Notes: generated by a model not told the origin, from the sequence alone. A DNA stretch of 64,000 nt from an uncultured Spirochaetota bacterium (GCA_963783575.1 CAWAOD010000003.1:160001-224000); one strand, 5' to 3'. Positions 31,902 to 42,417 are shown, counted from the stretch's first letter. Numbers and translations: made by a program.

Positions 31902-32621
31902 TTGTTTAAAAAATGGATTTTTTTATTCGCCGTTATACTTATTAATACCGGTTTTTCTAATTATTCACATGGAATAAAAGCTGATAGCATTAATATTGAA
32001 GATAACAGTGGAATTACAAATAAGACACCAGTTAAATCCAAAGAAAATACCGGTTTGATGGAAATCGAAATCATAAGTTATCCGGTGCTTATGGATGGAG
32101 ACCTGATTGAATTGATTAAAGGAAGTTTCAATGTTAATGTCGCAGTCGTAAATAGCAGCATCGGTTTAAAATACGGTTGTTCATTTTTTCAATACACTGG
32201 TCTTGAAGCTGAAGTTCAATATATAAACCTTACAATGATACCTGATGGATATGATTCGATGTCTGTGGGAAATATGGAAATATTAAAATTAGGAATTTTT
32301 TATCGATTTCCGGTTTTTAATAACAGCTTTTTTGTATTGTTTCTAAAACCGCACTGCGGTATGAACTACACATTATTCAGTTTTACTTCCGATTTTACCG
32401 ATCTGTTTTCTACCCCATATCCTTATTATTCCAGTTACAATGGTATTTTGGGCGGATTTGGGGGGCAGGCTGGTCTTAATTTCTGTTTGATGTTTAACTT
32501 AAATCTGGAAATAAATTATGGCATTGAGATATGCATGGAACGGGTTTCTGTAACAGGCTTACCGAAAATATTTAATATCCGGAATATTTCTTTTCCTATA
32601 TCCATAGGATACAGGTTTTAA
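31902..32621 (+). CDS. Probable outer-membrane beta-barrel protein
   Basis: Signal peptide, alternating amphipathic strands, C-terminal IGYRF; GGAGG RBS before TTG. Confidence 0.65.
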   Translation: MFKKWIFLFAVILINTGFSNYSHGIKADSINIEDNSGITNKTPVKSKENTGLMEIEIISYPVLMDGDLIELIKGSFNVNVAVVNSSIGLKYGCSFFQYTGLEAEVQYINLTMIPDGYDSMSVGNMEILKLGIFYRFPVFNNSFFVLFLKPHCGMNYTLFSFTSDFTDLFSTPYPYYSSYNGILGGFGGQAGLNFCLMFNLNLEINYGIEICMERVSVTGLPKIFNIRNISFPISIGYRF

Positions 32622-32629
32622 TATAAGCT

Positions 32630-33640
32630 ATGGAGACAAAAATGAGAAATTTCAAAACAGCAACGGTTTTGTTATTTTTTATATTTACGATATATTTCCT
32701 CTGGGGTGAAGATAAGATTCCTATGAGTTTTGAGGCTGGAATAATCACCGAATATCTTACCGGGCAAACTCTTTACCAGATAGGCGATTATATTAAAAAC
32801 AAAGATGGAAAAGTTTTCGATGTTCCTTTTAATATGAGCCAGCTGAAATTTACGATAAATGATCCCCTTATTCATGCCGGGTTTAAGCTTAGTGAATTTA
32901 AACCGGGCTGGTCAATTGAAGCAGGGATAAAAAAGAATATACCGTTAATAAAAGATACACTTTATGATTCAGACTGGGGGGCCTGGTATCTTGACGGTTA
33001 TCCATGGGCCAATTATTATACACTGGATATCTATTCAACAAGCGGATGCACTAAAGACATCTGGCTTGGTTATATTTATACAGCTGTTAAATTCTGGTCG
33101 TTTAAAAATTTAAGCCTGTCTTTTAATTCCGGTCTTGAGTACGATTACTATTTCTTTGAAGCAAGCGATGGCAACCAGTACTATCCTTCTTATAACCAAT
33201 ATAAGGACTATCTTCCTTCATCTTATTCGGGAACGGATATATTTGATTCAGTCGGGATCCGTTATACTATCAATGAGATTGTATTACCCATTCTTACTTA
33301 TTTCAAAGCAGACATGTGGCTTTTCCATCTTAAAATAGGAGGCGGCGGCCTGTGCGGACTTTATTATGACAATGATGACCATGTCCTGCGTTCAAAGAAA
33401 TCAATCGGGACCGGCATGCTTATTGGCGCAAGGGGCGAGATAGGCCTTGAATATGAAATTTCAAAGAATTTAACTCTGAAAGCCGATGGCCGGTTTGACT
33501 ACCTGACAGGCTCCGGTGAACAGACCCAGACAAGATACCAGGATACTCAGGAAGGCCCGGCAGGCTTCATCGGCACCCTGGGCCAAAAAATCGAGACTTA
33601 TTTTTGGAACGTCGGCATCGGTATTAGTTATAAACTCTAG
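32630..33640 (+). CDS. Omptin-family outer-membrane protease
   Basis: SQLKF, YDSDW (DxD pair), DNDDHVLR (D/H pair), C-terminal IGISYKL. Confidence 0.8.
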   Translation: METKMRNFKTATVLLFFIFTIYFLWGEDKIPMSFEAGIITEYLTGQTLYQIGDYIKNKDGKVFDVPFNMSQLKFTINDPLIHAGFKLSEFKPGWSIEAGIKKNIPLIKDTLYDSDWGAWYLDGYPWANYYTLDIYSTSGCTKDIWLGYIYTAVKFWSFKNLSLSFNSGLEYDYYFFEASDGNQYYPSYNQYKDYLPSSYSGTDIFDSVGIRYTINEIVLPILTYFKADMWLFHLKIGGGGLCGLYYDNDDHVLRSKKSIGTGMLIGARGEIGLEYEISKNLTLKADGRFDYLTGSGEQTQTRYQDTQEGPAGFIGTLGQKIETYFWNVGIGISYKL

Positions 33641-33651
33641 GGGGAAGAAAT

Positions 33652-36600
33652 ATGAAAATTATTAGTTTATTAATATCTATGGCTTTCATCGTTCTTTTTT
33701 CCTGCAGTATAGAAAAGAACGGTGACTACAAAGTAGCAGACAAAGGCTCTCCCGACCTTACAGTTACCTTCGACAGCATCGGTTACAACAGCAATTATAA
33801 TGTAATCTGCTTTTCAAATATAGTGATTGAAAACATAGGCACGGCCGATTCTAAATATTGCGATATCGCTTATGGCCTGAGCCCCGATACCGTGATATTC
33901 GACTCAAACGATATTATTATATACGCTCAATTGAATGACACTACCCTGCGACCCGGAGAGAAAATGGTCATTCCGGTTGCATCAATTAATATAACGAATA
34001 CCCTGTCAAACTCATTTTATATCCCATATATTATTGTTGATTTTGAGAGACGGGCAAACGATATGAATTATAAGAACAATGTTTATTATAGCATTAACAA
34101 AAACCTTTCCGGAATAACATTCCCGGAGCTTGTCCTCTGCGGCTGGTCGCCGACAAACGCCGTTTTCTCAGTATTAAATAACAAAAACGATTTTACCTTA
34201 AGCGTTTTCAGGGACCAGAACAATTCCGGCAGTTATATCTATCTTGGAAACATGACCGGGAATGTTTTTACCGACAATTCAATCAGCACAAATTACGATT
34301 ATACTTACCGCGTTATTACTTATTCTAAATCCATAAATATTACCTGGACAAACACCGTTGGTTTTCCTTTAAAGTCTTTACAGGCGGATATCGGAAATAT
34401 AACTTGCCTTTCGAACACGGCAGGGAGTTGTTGGCAGATCGATTACGGTACCTATTACGACGGCGCTATGAGCCTCTGGAGCGGCTCTGTATATAATAAT
34501 AGCACATCGGAATTTACCATACAGGCTGATACGGCTTATCTGTCTTATTATTACAAAATGAGCGACAGCTATAACTGCTCCCTGGAGTTGTGGATTGACG
34601 GAACTAAAAGCGCTTTGATGCCCGTGAATTCTCAGTGGACTTTCTTTGAAACCAATCTTTCACCGGGAGGCCATAATATAAACTGGAAGGCAAAATGCTC
34701 AAGTTATTATCCGGGTTATGTCTGGATTGATAATTTTACATTAGGAGCTAAAGCACCGGCAAATATTACTTTTACAATAACAAATACCAACACCCTGGTT
34801 TTAAGCTGGCCTTCAGTTGCGGCTGGCGCCACTTATAAAATTTTTTGTAGTCTAGACAATACAAATAATTTTATTGAAATAACCAATACTCAAAGCACAA
34901 ATTTTATATATGGGTTAATTTCGTCAGACCATGATTATTATTTTCAGATTAAATCTGAAGACTTTGGATATAATAGCACAAAATGTTTGATTTATCCTTT
35001 TTATCAAAAGAGTTATAGTGATGCTATTGACTTTAACCCTATTTGTTGGAACTATATCACAGTTAAGCCCTGGATTGTTGATGTTTCAAATGCAATAAAA
35101 GGTGGAAGCAGTATTTATAGTGGAAACTATACCTTAAATAGTTCCAATTATATTGAGGCTATCTTTACAGGTGATTATTTATCTTTTAATTATAAATTTA
35201 ATGCTTACTATTCAGATCAATTCACGTTCTATATAGATGGAACTAATTTGTCAACTTTCTCTAACACAACAAACTGGACTAATCAATCTTTTTATATGAC
35301 AACTGGAACTCATTCTTTAAAATGGATATATTATCAAGCTTACATAAACGCTAATTCTGGAATATGGCTTGACTTTATTACTAATGAACCTAATAATCTG
35401 TCTGAACCAACAAATTTCCATTGCATATATGGCACTGGAAATTCTTTTAATCTCATATATGACTCTGTTCCCGGAGCTTATACTTATGATATATATCGTA
35501 GCATTGATAACTCAAATTCATTTACACTGATAGGAACCACAAATGGAAACGCATTTATAGATACAAATATAAACCAAAGCCATAATTATTACTATAAAGT
35601 AAAAGCAAAGAGAAATAACCTTAGCAGTTCATATTCTAAGACTATATTTATATTAAATAACTTTAATCCAGTATTGGATACAACAGGATTGATTTGGAGT
35701 AAAGATGGTACTTGTCTATGGGCTTTGGACACTTCAAATTATGTAATTGGTGGAAGCAGTCTATATAGCGGTAAACTTTCAAACTTTTGTTCGAATTATA
35801 TTCAGACTACAATAACTGGAGATTATATCGCATTTTATCATAAATATAATACGGCATGGACACCTGACGGTGAATTGAATTTTGCGATTGATGGAACGAA
35901 TTGGTTTGAAATAGAAGAAAATACTTGGACCAACCTGGAATTATATATGACACCTGGTACTCATACATTAACATGGGCAGATGTACATTGGGGTAGTGCT
36001 TATTCAGAAGCCTGGATTGATGATGTTACTAATGAGCCATCATTTCTATCAAATACAGAAAATTTATATAGTACTTATAATACAGATAGTTCAATTTCAC
36101 TTCTTTGGGATGCTGTACCAGGAGCTTTTTCATATAATATTTACCGAAGCAAGGATAACACTAATTCTTTTTCACAAATTGGTACGGCTATTACAAATAA
36201 ATATATAGATTCTTCTATAAACCAAGACAATAACTATTACTATAAAATACAAACCAGACGAAATAATCTAACTAGCCAGGATTCAGAATATTATGCTGTA
36301 ATAAATAACCTCAACCCAGTTTTAGATACAACAAATTTAATTTGGATAAAAAATGGTTTAAGAATGTGGACTCTTGATTCATCAAATTTTATAGTAGGTA
36401 GTAATAGTCTTTATGTCGGGCCTAGAAATTTTTCAAGTTCCAATTGGATTCAAACAACTATTAATAGTGATTTTATTTCTTTTTATTGGAAACTCAATAC
36501 ATCTTTCAATTATGACTATTTTAAATTCTATATTGATGGTATAAATTCAGCCAGCATAAATCAGGCAACTGAATGGACTAATCAGGCATTCACTTTGACA

Positions 36601-37350
36601 CCGGGAACTCATACTTTGAAATGGTTATATTATAATAATTTTTATAATTATTATACCGGAGCATGGATTGACGGGATATCAATTGAACCTTCAACTTTAA
36701 CTACCCCTCTAAATATTTATTGCATTTCAAATACAGGTAATTCAATTACACTTGTATGGGATGCTGTACCGGGAGCATATTCTTACGAAATTTATAAGAG
36801 TATAGACAATACAAACTCATTTATTCTTATTGGTTCAAATACAAATATGATATTTTTTGATAATGATATTATCCAAAGTCATGATTATTATTATTATAAA
36901 ATAAAAGCTAAAAGAGACAATATTACCAGCCCTGACTCAGATCTTTATCTTTTATATAATAACCTTAACACTATTTTGGATACTACGGGATTAATTTGGA
37001 TAGATAATGGAAAAAAATTATGGATACCAGATACAACAAATTCGATAATAGGTGACAGTAGTTTATACTGTGCTATACTTCCAGCAAATAGTTCAAATAT
37101 TATACAAACAACATTTACGGGCAATTATATCTCTTTTTATCTAAAATTTAATTATAATGCATATTATCCCAACAATTTGAAATTTATTATTGATGAAACA
37201 AATATAATAGATTTGACTTGGCAAAGAGATTGGACAAAACTTAGTTATTCTTTAACTCAGGGAACTCATAATTTGAAGTGGATATATTTTGAAAGTTATT
37301 ATTATGATAATTCCGGTGCCTGGATCGACGGAATCAGCTTTACACCTTAA
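33652..37350 (+). CDS. Large surface lipoprotein with CARDB-like domain and five FN3-like/beta-sandwich repeats
   Basis: Lipobox LFSC; PDLTV..IENIGTADS; ~215-aa units (WDAVPGA.SY.IY.S.DN / SLYSG..F.IDG..GTH.LKW..WID). Confidence 0.85.
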   Translation: MKIISLLISMAFIVLFSCSIEKNGDYKVADKGSPDLTVTFDSIGYNSNYNVICFSNIVIENIGTADSKYCDIAYGLSPDTVIFDSNDIIIYAQLNDTTLRPGEKMVIPVASINITNTLSNSFYIPYIIVDFERRANDMNYKNNVYYSINKNLSGITFPELVLCGWSPTNAVFSVLNNKNDFTLSVFRDQNNSGSYIYLGNMTGNVFTDNSISTNYDYTYRVITYSKSINITWTNTVGFPLKSLQADIGNITCLSNTAGSCWQIDYGTYYDGAMSLWSGSVYNNSTSEFTIQADTAYLSYYYKMSDSYNCSLELWIDGTKSALMPVNSQWTFFETNLSPGGHNINWKAKCSSYYPGYVWIDNFTLGAKAPANITFTITNTNTLVLSWPSVAAGATYKIFCSLDNTNNFIEITNTQSTNFIYGLISSDHDYYFQIKSEDFGYNSTKCLIYPFYQKSYSDAIDFNPICWNYITVKPWIVDVSNAIKGGSSIYSGNYTLNSSNYIEAIFTGDYLSFNYKFNAYYSDQFTFYIDGTNLSTFSNTTNWTNQSFYMTTGTHSLKWIYYQAYINANSGIWLDFITNEPNNLSEPTNFHCIYGTGNSFNLIYDSVPGAYTYDIYRSIDNSNSFTLIGTTNGNAFIDTNINQSHNYYYKVKAKRNNLSSSYSKTIFILNNFNPVLDTTGLIWSKDGTCLWALDTSNYVIGGSSLYSGKLSNFCSNYIQTTITGDYIAFYHKYNTAWTPDGELNFAIDGTNWFEIEENTWTNLELYMTPGTHTLTWADVHWGSAYSEAWIDDVTNEPSFLSNTENLYSTYNTDSSISLLWDAVPGAFSYNIYRSKDNTNSFSQIGTAITNKYIDSSINQDNNYYYKIQTRRNNLTSQDSEYYAVINNLNPVLDTTNLIWIKNGLRMWTLDSSNFIVGSNSLYVGPRNFSSSNWIQTTINSDFISFYWKLNTSFNYDYFKFYIDGINSASINQATEWTNQAFTLTPGTHTLKWLYYNNFYNYYTGAWIDGISIEPSTLTTPLNIYCISNTGNSITLVWDAVPGAYSYEIYKSIDNTNSFILIGSNTNMIFFDNDIIQSHDYYYYKIKAKRDNITSPDSDLYLLYNNLNTILDTTGLIWIDNGKKLWIPDTTNSIIGDSSLYCAILPANSSNIIQTTFTGNYISFYLKFNYNAYYPNNLKFIIDETNIIDLTWQRDWTKLSYSLTQGTHNLKWIYFESYYYDNSGAWIDGISFTP

Positions 37351-37369
37351 TTTTTTTGAGGCACTCCTG

Positions 37370-38095
37370 TCAGCTTTCAAACCCCTTTTTACCATACCTG
37401 TTGTGATGCGTAAAATCATCCAAATCTCGGCGCACTCTCAGCGGTTTCGGCGGTTCGGGCATAGGATAACCAAGCCTTATTGAAAAAGCGATCTTCAGAT
37501 TTTCGGGAATGTTGAGGATTTTCTTTACATCCTTTTCAACCGGTCCGGCGCTTATAGAACTGACTATGTGAAGGCTTATTCCAAGGGACTCTGCCATAAG
37601 CCACATGTTTTCCATCGCGCAGCCAAGGCTTATGATCCCAAGAAAATCCCCTTCGGACGCTGGCGCGCGCCTTTCCGGGTCATAAAGTAAAATCAAAAAA
37701 ACAGGAGTGGATTGAATCGTATTACCAAGCGACATATTCATTGTCTCACCGGCTGCTTCTTCAATCTTAAAATCAGGCTTTCTCCATGATGGGGGAAACA
37801 TTGTACCAAGTATTCCGGTTTTTTTCTTCTTGAGCTCATATTCTGAGAAAGACAGTTGCCGGAAGTTTTCCCTAACGAAGGTTTCGGATACCGGATAATT
37901 TATTTTTCCGATAGCTTCCAGAATCTTTTGGTCATCAATAACTATAATTTCGAAATTCTGCATATTATGAGCCGTCGGTGCCCATCTTCCGGCCTCCAGA
38001 ATCTGTTCCAGATCCTGCTTTGAAATCTTACGATCGGGATCGAACAGAACCCTTGACGATTTTCTTTCCCGGATAATCTTCAAAATTTCATTCAT
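37370..38095 (-). CDS. Nitroreductase family protein
   Basis: IRERKSSR, WAPTAHNMQ, ENMWLMAESLG, LGYP. Confidence 0.92.
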   Translation of the reverse strand: MNEILKIIRERKSSRVLFDPDRKISKQDLEQILEAGRWAPTAHNMQNFEIIVIDDQKILEAIGKINYPVSETFVRENFRQLSFSEYELKKKKTGILGTMFPPSWRKPDFKIEEAAGETMNMSLGNTIQSTPVFLILLYDPERRAPASEGDFLGIISLGCAMENMWLMAESLGISLHIVSSISAGPVEKDVKKILNIPENLKIAFSIRLGYPMPEPPKPLRVRRDLDDFTHHNRYGKKGFES

Positions 38096-38118
38096 TAAGA
38101 CCTCCCTTTTTACATCTA

Positions 38119-38167
38119 TCCTTCGACTGGAGTTTATTCTGAGCCTGACGAAGTGCTCAGGATGGCC
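38119..38167. repeat. Nested REP-like units (family B)
   Basis: TCCTTCGAC[TGGAGTTTATTCTGAGCCTGACGAAGT]GCTCAGGATGGCC: one unit inserted in the loop of an oppositely oriented unit. Confidence 0.55.
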
Positions 38168-38197
38168 AGCAGTATTTTTTACTGAAAAGCACGCCTG

Positions 38198-39208
38198 TTA
38201 GGCGCCGATTTTAAGGACCGACCTGAAATGCACTTTTGATGTCATCATTTTCTCAAAAGCCAGGGCCGCCTCTTCAAGTGGAAAAACCTCAACCATCGGA
38301 ATAATTTTAAACAGCATACTGAAACGTATGGCGTCTTCAATATTACCACCGACAGAGCCGCTGACTGAACGGCCTCCTCCCAGAAGGAGCGATGTCGGGA
38401 ACTGCATCATATCCCTGGCGCCGGTAACTATTATTGCCTGTCCGTTCCGTCCGAGGCCGGGCAGCAGCTCCGAGATGGCTTTACCATTCGGCGCAGTACA
38501 AAGGATTACTTTCGCGCCTCCAAGTATTTTTAATTCCCCAACCGTATCTGAAGAAACAGTGTCAATATAATAGTGAGCTCCCAGCTTATAGGCCAGCTCC
38601 TCTTTCTCCTTTCCACGTGATAAAACAACTGTTTTAAAGCCCATTTTAACCGCGTATTGCACAGCAAGATGTCCCAACCCTCCAAGTCCATGGATGGCAA
38701 CCAGGTCCCCTCCCCTCGCACCGCTGTTCTGCAAAGCCCCGAAAGTAGTTCGGCCGGCACATAAAATCGGAGCAGCGTCCGTGGAAGCCAGTTCCTCCGG
38801 TATGGGAACAAGAACATCAGCTCTGGCTGACATATATTCGGCATAACCGCCATCGATTGTAATGCCCGTGGTTAGTGAATTCTCACAGGCCCAGAAATCA
38901 CCTTTCCGGCATGCACTGCATTGAAGGCAATGCCCTCCATGCCAGCCGACTCCGACCCTCTGACCGATTTTCCAGTTATTAACTCCGGATCCTGTTTTAT
39001 CTATAGTACCGGCTACCTCATGGCCCGGAATCCTCGGATATTCTACGCCTGGGAAATGACCTTCTTTAACTATTGCGTCACCATGGCAAATTCCGCAAGC
39101 CTGTACTTTAATAAGAACCTCATTTTCTTTTGGCACCGGAATTTCCCTTTCCACAAGCTCAAAACCTGCTCCGGGGGAATTTACCTGAATTGCTTTCATC
39201 ATTGCCAT
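38198..39208 (-). CDS. Zinc-dependent alcohol dehydrogenase
   Basis: CGICHGD, PGHEVAG, C..C..C.......C structural Zn site, GLGGLG. Confidence 0.95.
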   Translation of the reverse strand: MAMMKAIQVNSPGAGFELVEREIPVPKENEVLIKVQACGICHGDAIVKEGHFPGVEYPRIPGHEVAGTIDKTGSGVNNWKIGQRVGVGWHGGHCLQCSACRKGDFWACENSLTTGITIDGGYAEYMSARADVLVPIPEELASTDAAPILCAGRTTFGALQNSGARGGDLVAIHGLGGLGHLAVQYAVKMGFKTVVLSRGKEKEELAYKLGAHYYIDTVSSDTVGELKILGGAKVILCTAPNGKAISELLPGLGRNGQAIIVTGARDMMQFPTSLLLGGGRSVSGSVGGNIEDAIRFSMLFKIIPMVEVFPLEEAALAFEKMMTSKVHFRSVLKIGA

Positions 39209-39237
39209 TAAAATTACCTCCCCTTTAAAGATAACTA

Positions 39238-40011
39238 TTATTTAAACATGTTGTCTTCAAAAGCAGCGACATCATTATAATAAGCCCTGGCTATTTCTGC
39301 GGATGAAGTATTGGTATAAATTTCAGGTTTCGGATTTTTTATAAGTTCCATTAGGATATCAGCTACTTCTTCAGGTGTTTGGGGCTTCATGCCTGTCGCT
39401 GATCCCATTGGCATTTGCGGTGTTCCATAAAGAGCGTTTTTCGCGAAATCCGTAGATACCATACCCGGCATAACAAGAGAAACTTTTATTCCGGGATGAG
39501 TCCTTCTTAAATCCGTTCGAAGGTTAGCGGTAAGCGTATTAACAGCGCTTTTTGCAGCATTATAGGCTGATCTGAAATTCGCGAATGGTACTCGTCCCAG
39601 AAAAGACGAAATGTTTATAATATGCCCCACGCCATGTTCCTGGAAATAAGGAACAATTGCCTGCATTCCGAAAAGCACTGATTTGACATTAACGTTCATC
39701 ATTTCATCAAAATCGTCTTCGGTTAGATCCAGAACCTTTTTCCCTATCCCTCTGCCGGCATTATTGACCCAGAGGTCGATCCTGCCGAATTTTCTCAAGG
39801 CTTCGGTTTTCAGGTTATCAATATCCGTCCGCTTTGTAACATCAGTAACGACAACAAGCGTATTTTCACCCGACCTGGCAGCGATTTTATAAAGTTCATC
39901 ACGCCGCCTTGCAGCAAGCGCAACATTCCAGCCTTCGCCACCAAGCTTGATGCAGAGTTCCGCTCCAATGCCTCCGCTTGCCCCTGTTACTACAGCAGTT
40001 TTTTTATCCAT
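39238..40011 (-). CDS. Short-chain dehydrogenase/reductase
   Basis: TGASGGIG, NNAG, ISS, YNAAK. Confidence 0.95.
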   Translation of the reverse strand: MDKKTAVVTGASGGIGAELCIKLGGEGWNVALAARRRDELYKIAARSGENTLVVVTDVTKRTDIDNLKTEALRKFGRIDLWVNNAGRGIGKKVLDLTEDDFDEMMNVNVKSVLFGMQAIVPYFQEHGVGHIINISSFLGRVPFANFRSAYNAAKSAVNTLTANLRTDLRRTHPGIKVSLVMPGMVSTDFAKNALYGTPQMPMGSATGMKPQTPEEVADILMELIKNPKPEIYTNTSSAEIARAYYNDVAAFEDNMFK

Positions 40012-40170
40012 AGAGATGCTCCTGATTTATTATTTATCCTAATAATGTAACTTTAAGTAGAAATATAACCAATTATATTTCAAAAATCCACTTTGATCCG
40101 ACTTAATAAGTTTATTTTAAGATAAATTAGGAAGGCAAAATTGATGTACCGAACAACAAATGCATAAAAA

Positions 40171-40212
40171 ATAATAAAATACTCCGTTTCGATATGCGGA
40201 GTATTTTATTAT
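40171..40212 (-). terminator. Rho-independent terminator
   Basis: 16-bp perfect stem ATAATAAAATACTCCG / CGGAGTATTTTATTAT followed by a T-run on the minus strand, downstream of 40246-40776. Confidence 0.75.
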
Positions 40213-40245
40213 AATGGTTCCCATTTAAAGGTGCTTATTAATTCT

Positions 40246-40776
40246 TTACCGCCTATGAAACCTGCGATGAGGACCATAATGTAAATACCATCTTGGTCCA
40301 TAATAGTAAACGTCGAAAGGAACATATCTATAGCCGATTATAAACCATGGCCCGCCGTAGAAAGATGACCGGTACCAGATATTATCCGCATTCTGCCACC
40401 AATAACCATTGTAATAATAAAGTAGTTCTCCATTAGAATAAGTGTAGTAGACACTGCTTCCCGGTATAAGCACAAGATTGGGATCCGGCTCGACATTGGT
40501 TGCAGGCTGATTCTGTGCCATATTTTGCGGAACATTTGTATTTATTGTAAGATCCAGCGGTTTGCCGTTTCCGGCATCAAAAACAGTTTTGATACCGGCC
40601 AGTTTCAAAACCTCGGCTTTCCTGTTTGTACCCTCAAAATACAGTTCATCCGCCGTTTTACCGAGCATATTTCCTTTCATTATAGTACCGTCTTTCATTA
40701 CTATATTTACGTCGATAGCCCATAAACCGGCACTAAATATAGTAATGCCGACAATAATCGCTAAAATTCGCTTCAT
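40246..40776 (-). CDS. Secreted hypothetical protein with aromatic-rich C-terminal domain
   Basis: Signal peptide; N-terminal domain shared with 40799-41635; C-terminal LYYYNGYWW..WYRS..YGGPW..VP. Confidence 0.75.
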   Translation of the reverse strand: MKRILAIIVGITIFSAGLWAIDVNIVMKDGTIMKGNMLGKTADELYFEGTNRKAEVLKLAGIKTVFDAGNGKPLDLTINTNVPQNMAQNQPATNVEPDPNLVLIPGSSVYYTYSNGELLYYYNGYWWQNADNIWYRSSFYGGPWFIIGYRYVPFDVYYYGPRWYLHYGPHRRFHRR

Positions 40777-40798
40777 ATTCTGCCTCCGAAAGGTATTA

Positions 40799-41635
40799 TT
40801 AAAACGCGTAACCTAAATTCAAACCAAATGTGACATTATTTTCGATACCATATAGCGTATGATAACCTGATCCGTTAGTGTAAACTCCGGTTGTACTGAT
40901 TTGTTCATTCCAAGTACCGAATGGGATTAACACGGCAATGCGCGGTTCCAGAAATAAGCCACTGTTCATTCCGAATATGATCTTGTTTCCGAATTCGATC
41001 CCTGCCAGCGGAGCAGGCGGATAAGTACCGGTCACATTGTATGACCCATGACGGTCGGAATATGAATAATTTATTGATCCGCCCTCATAGCCGAACATAA
41101 GACCTGCGTAAAAACCCCTCAAGCCATTATTCCAGTTTGGAAACCAGCCGAAACTGTGCCCTGCGTAAAACCGCGCGGACAAAGCAGCTTCCCAGTAATT
41201 GATGCCGGTACCCCAAAAATAATCGGGACTGTAGGAACCGTAAATCATCAAAGAAATCCAATCGTTTAAAGCCCTTTCATAGGAAAGCTGGAAGTTGTAG
41301 CCGACTAAACCGGCTATATCCAGTCCGATCGCATTATAAGGTCCTTTTACCGGCGGATTTGAAGCCGCTGTTTGGACCGGACTTCTTGATATTTGATTCA
41401 GATCGGAAATATTTACAGGATTACCTGTAGTATCGTTAAAAACCGCTTTAATATCGGTCTGTTTAATAAACACAGCCCTGTCATTATCCTGCCTGACATA
41501 AATTTCATTGGAAACAACCCCAATAAATTTACCTTTAATAATTGAATTATCATTCAATATGATATTCAAATCCAAACCAAAAATTCCCGATGAAATTATT
41601 AATATAGTAAAAATTGATATTCCCAAACGAAGCAT
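40799..41635 (-). CDS. Outer-membrane beta-barrel protein (DUF3575-like) with extra N-terminal domain
   Basis: Signal peptide; NAIGLD..LSYER, ARFY, GFYAG, FLEP, C-terminal GLNLGYAF. Confidence 0.7.
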   Translation of the reverse strand: MLRLGISIFTILIISSGIFGLDLNIILNDNSIIKGKFIGVVSNEIYVRQDNDRAVFIKQTDIKAVFNDTTGNPVNISDLNQISRSPVQTAASNPPVKGPYNAIGLDIAGLVGYNFQLSYERALNDWISLMIYGSYSPDYFWGTGINYWEAALSARFYAGHSFGWFPNWNNGLRGFYAGLMFGYEGGSINYSYSDRHGSYNVTGTYPPAPLAGIEFGNKIIFGMNSGLFLEPRIAVLIPFGTWNEQISTTGVYTNGSGYHTLYGIENNVTFGLNLGYAF

Positions 41636-41878
41636 ATTGTGCCTCCAATTATCATAATATTATATAATATTAATCATTTTTAAGGCAAAAAAGATTCATT
41701 TGAATAAAAATTATTTTTATTGTTTCGGATAAATATTATTCGGAATGGAAGAGCCAAGGTTCGATAATAATTTTATTAGAAACGGCTTGATCAAATTCAT
41801 CTTTTTTGACAGAACTTTCCGATTTAAATATACTTATCAAGATGGAAGGAATAAGAAATTGAAAGGTTATAAGAGTTT

Positions 41879-42388
41879 ATGAACTTACGAAATGCCCGGT
41901 TGGGCGATGAAATACCGATCGCTGAAATCAGGGACAAAACATGGAAAGATGCCTACCGGGGAATATTGCCCGATGAATATCTCGATGGGATGGACTATAG
42001 CGAGTCCGTCAGGAAATTCGCGGAAAAGCTTTCCGGCGGAAGGGAAATCTTTTACCTGGCTGAGGATGAAAATGGAAAAGCTGCGGGTTTTATAGCAGGA
42101 AAAATCCTCTTGGATTCGCATGACGGATGTGAACTCATCGCAATTTATGTCCTTCCCGGTCATCAGAAAAAAGGATACGGCAGGGCATTATTCCTGAAAT
42201 TGGTTAAAGACTTTATAGAAAGGGGCCAAAAAAGTATGATTCTCTGGACTTTTGAAAAAAATAAAGACCGGGAATTTTATAATAAACTGGGCGGAGTTCC
42301 AAAAGAAAATAAAACAATTACTTTCGGCGATGCTGAACTGCGCTTAACCTGTTATTACTGGGACGATATTCGAACTATATTGAATTAA
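41879..42388 (+). CDS. GNAT N-acetyltransferase
   Basis: TWKDAYRGILP, AIYVLPGHQKKGYGRALF, FYNKLGG. Confidence 0.92.
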   Translation: MNLRNARLGDEIPIAEIRDKTWKDAYRGILPDEYLDGMDYSESVRKFAEKLSGGREIFYLAEDENGKAAGFIAGKILLDSHDGCELIAIYVLPGHQKKGYGRALFLKLVKDFIERGQKSMILWTFEKNKDREFYNKLGGVPKENKTITFGDAELRLTCYYWDDIRTILN

Positions 42389-42417
42389 TTCAAGCCAATT
42401 GTGAATTCATAAGGAGA

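Noticed and set aside
33652..37350. CRISPR array or diversity-generating retroelement target
   Set aside because: Repeats are ~650-bp diverged in-frame protein domains; no short repeat-spacer pattern, no adenine-specific TR/VR pair and no reverse transcriptase or cas gene in the window.
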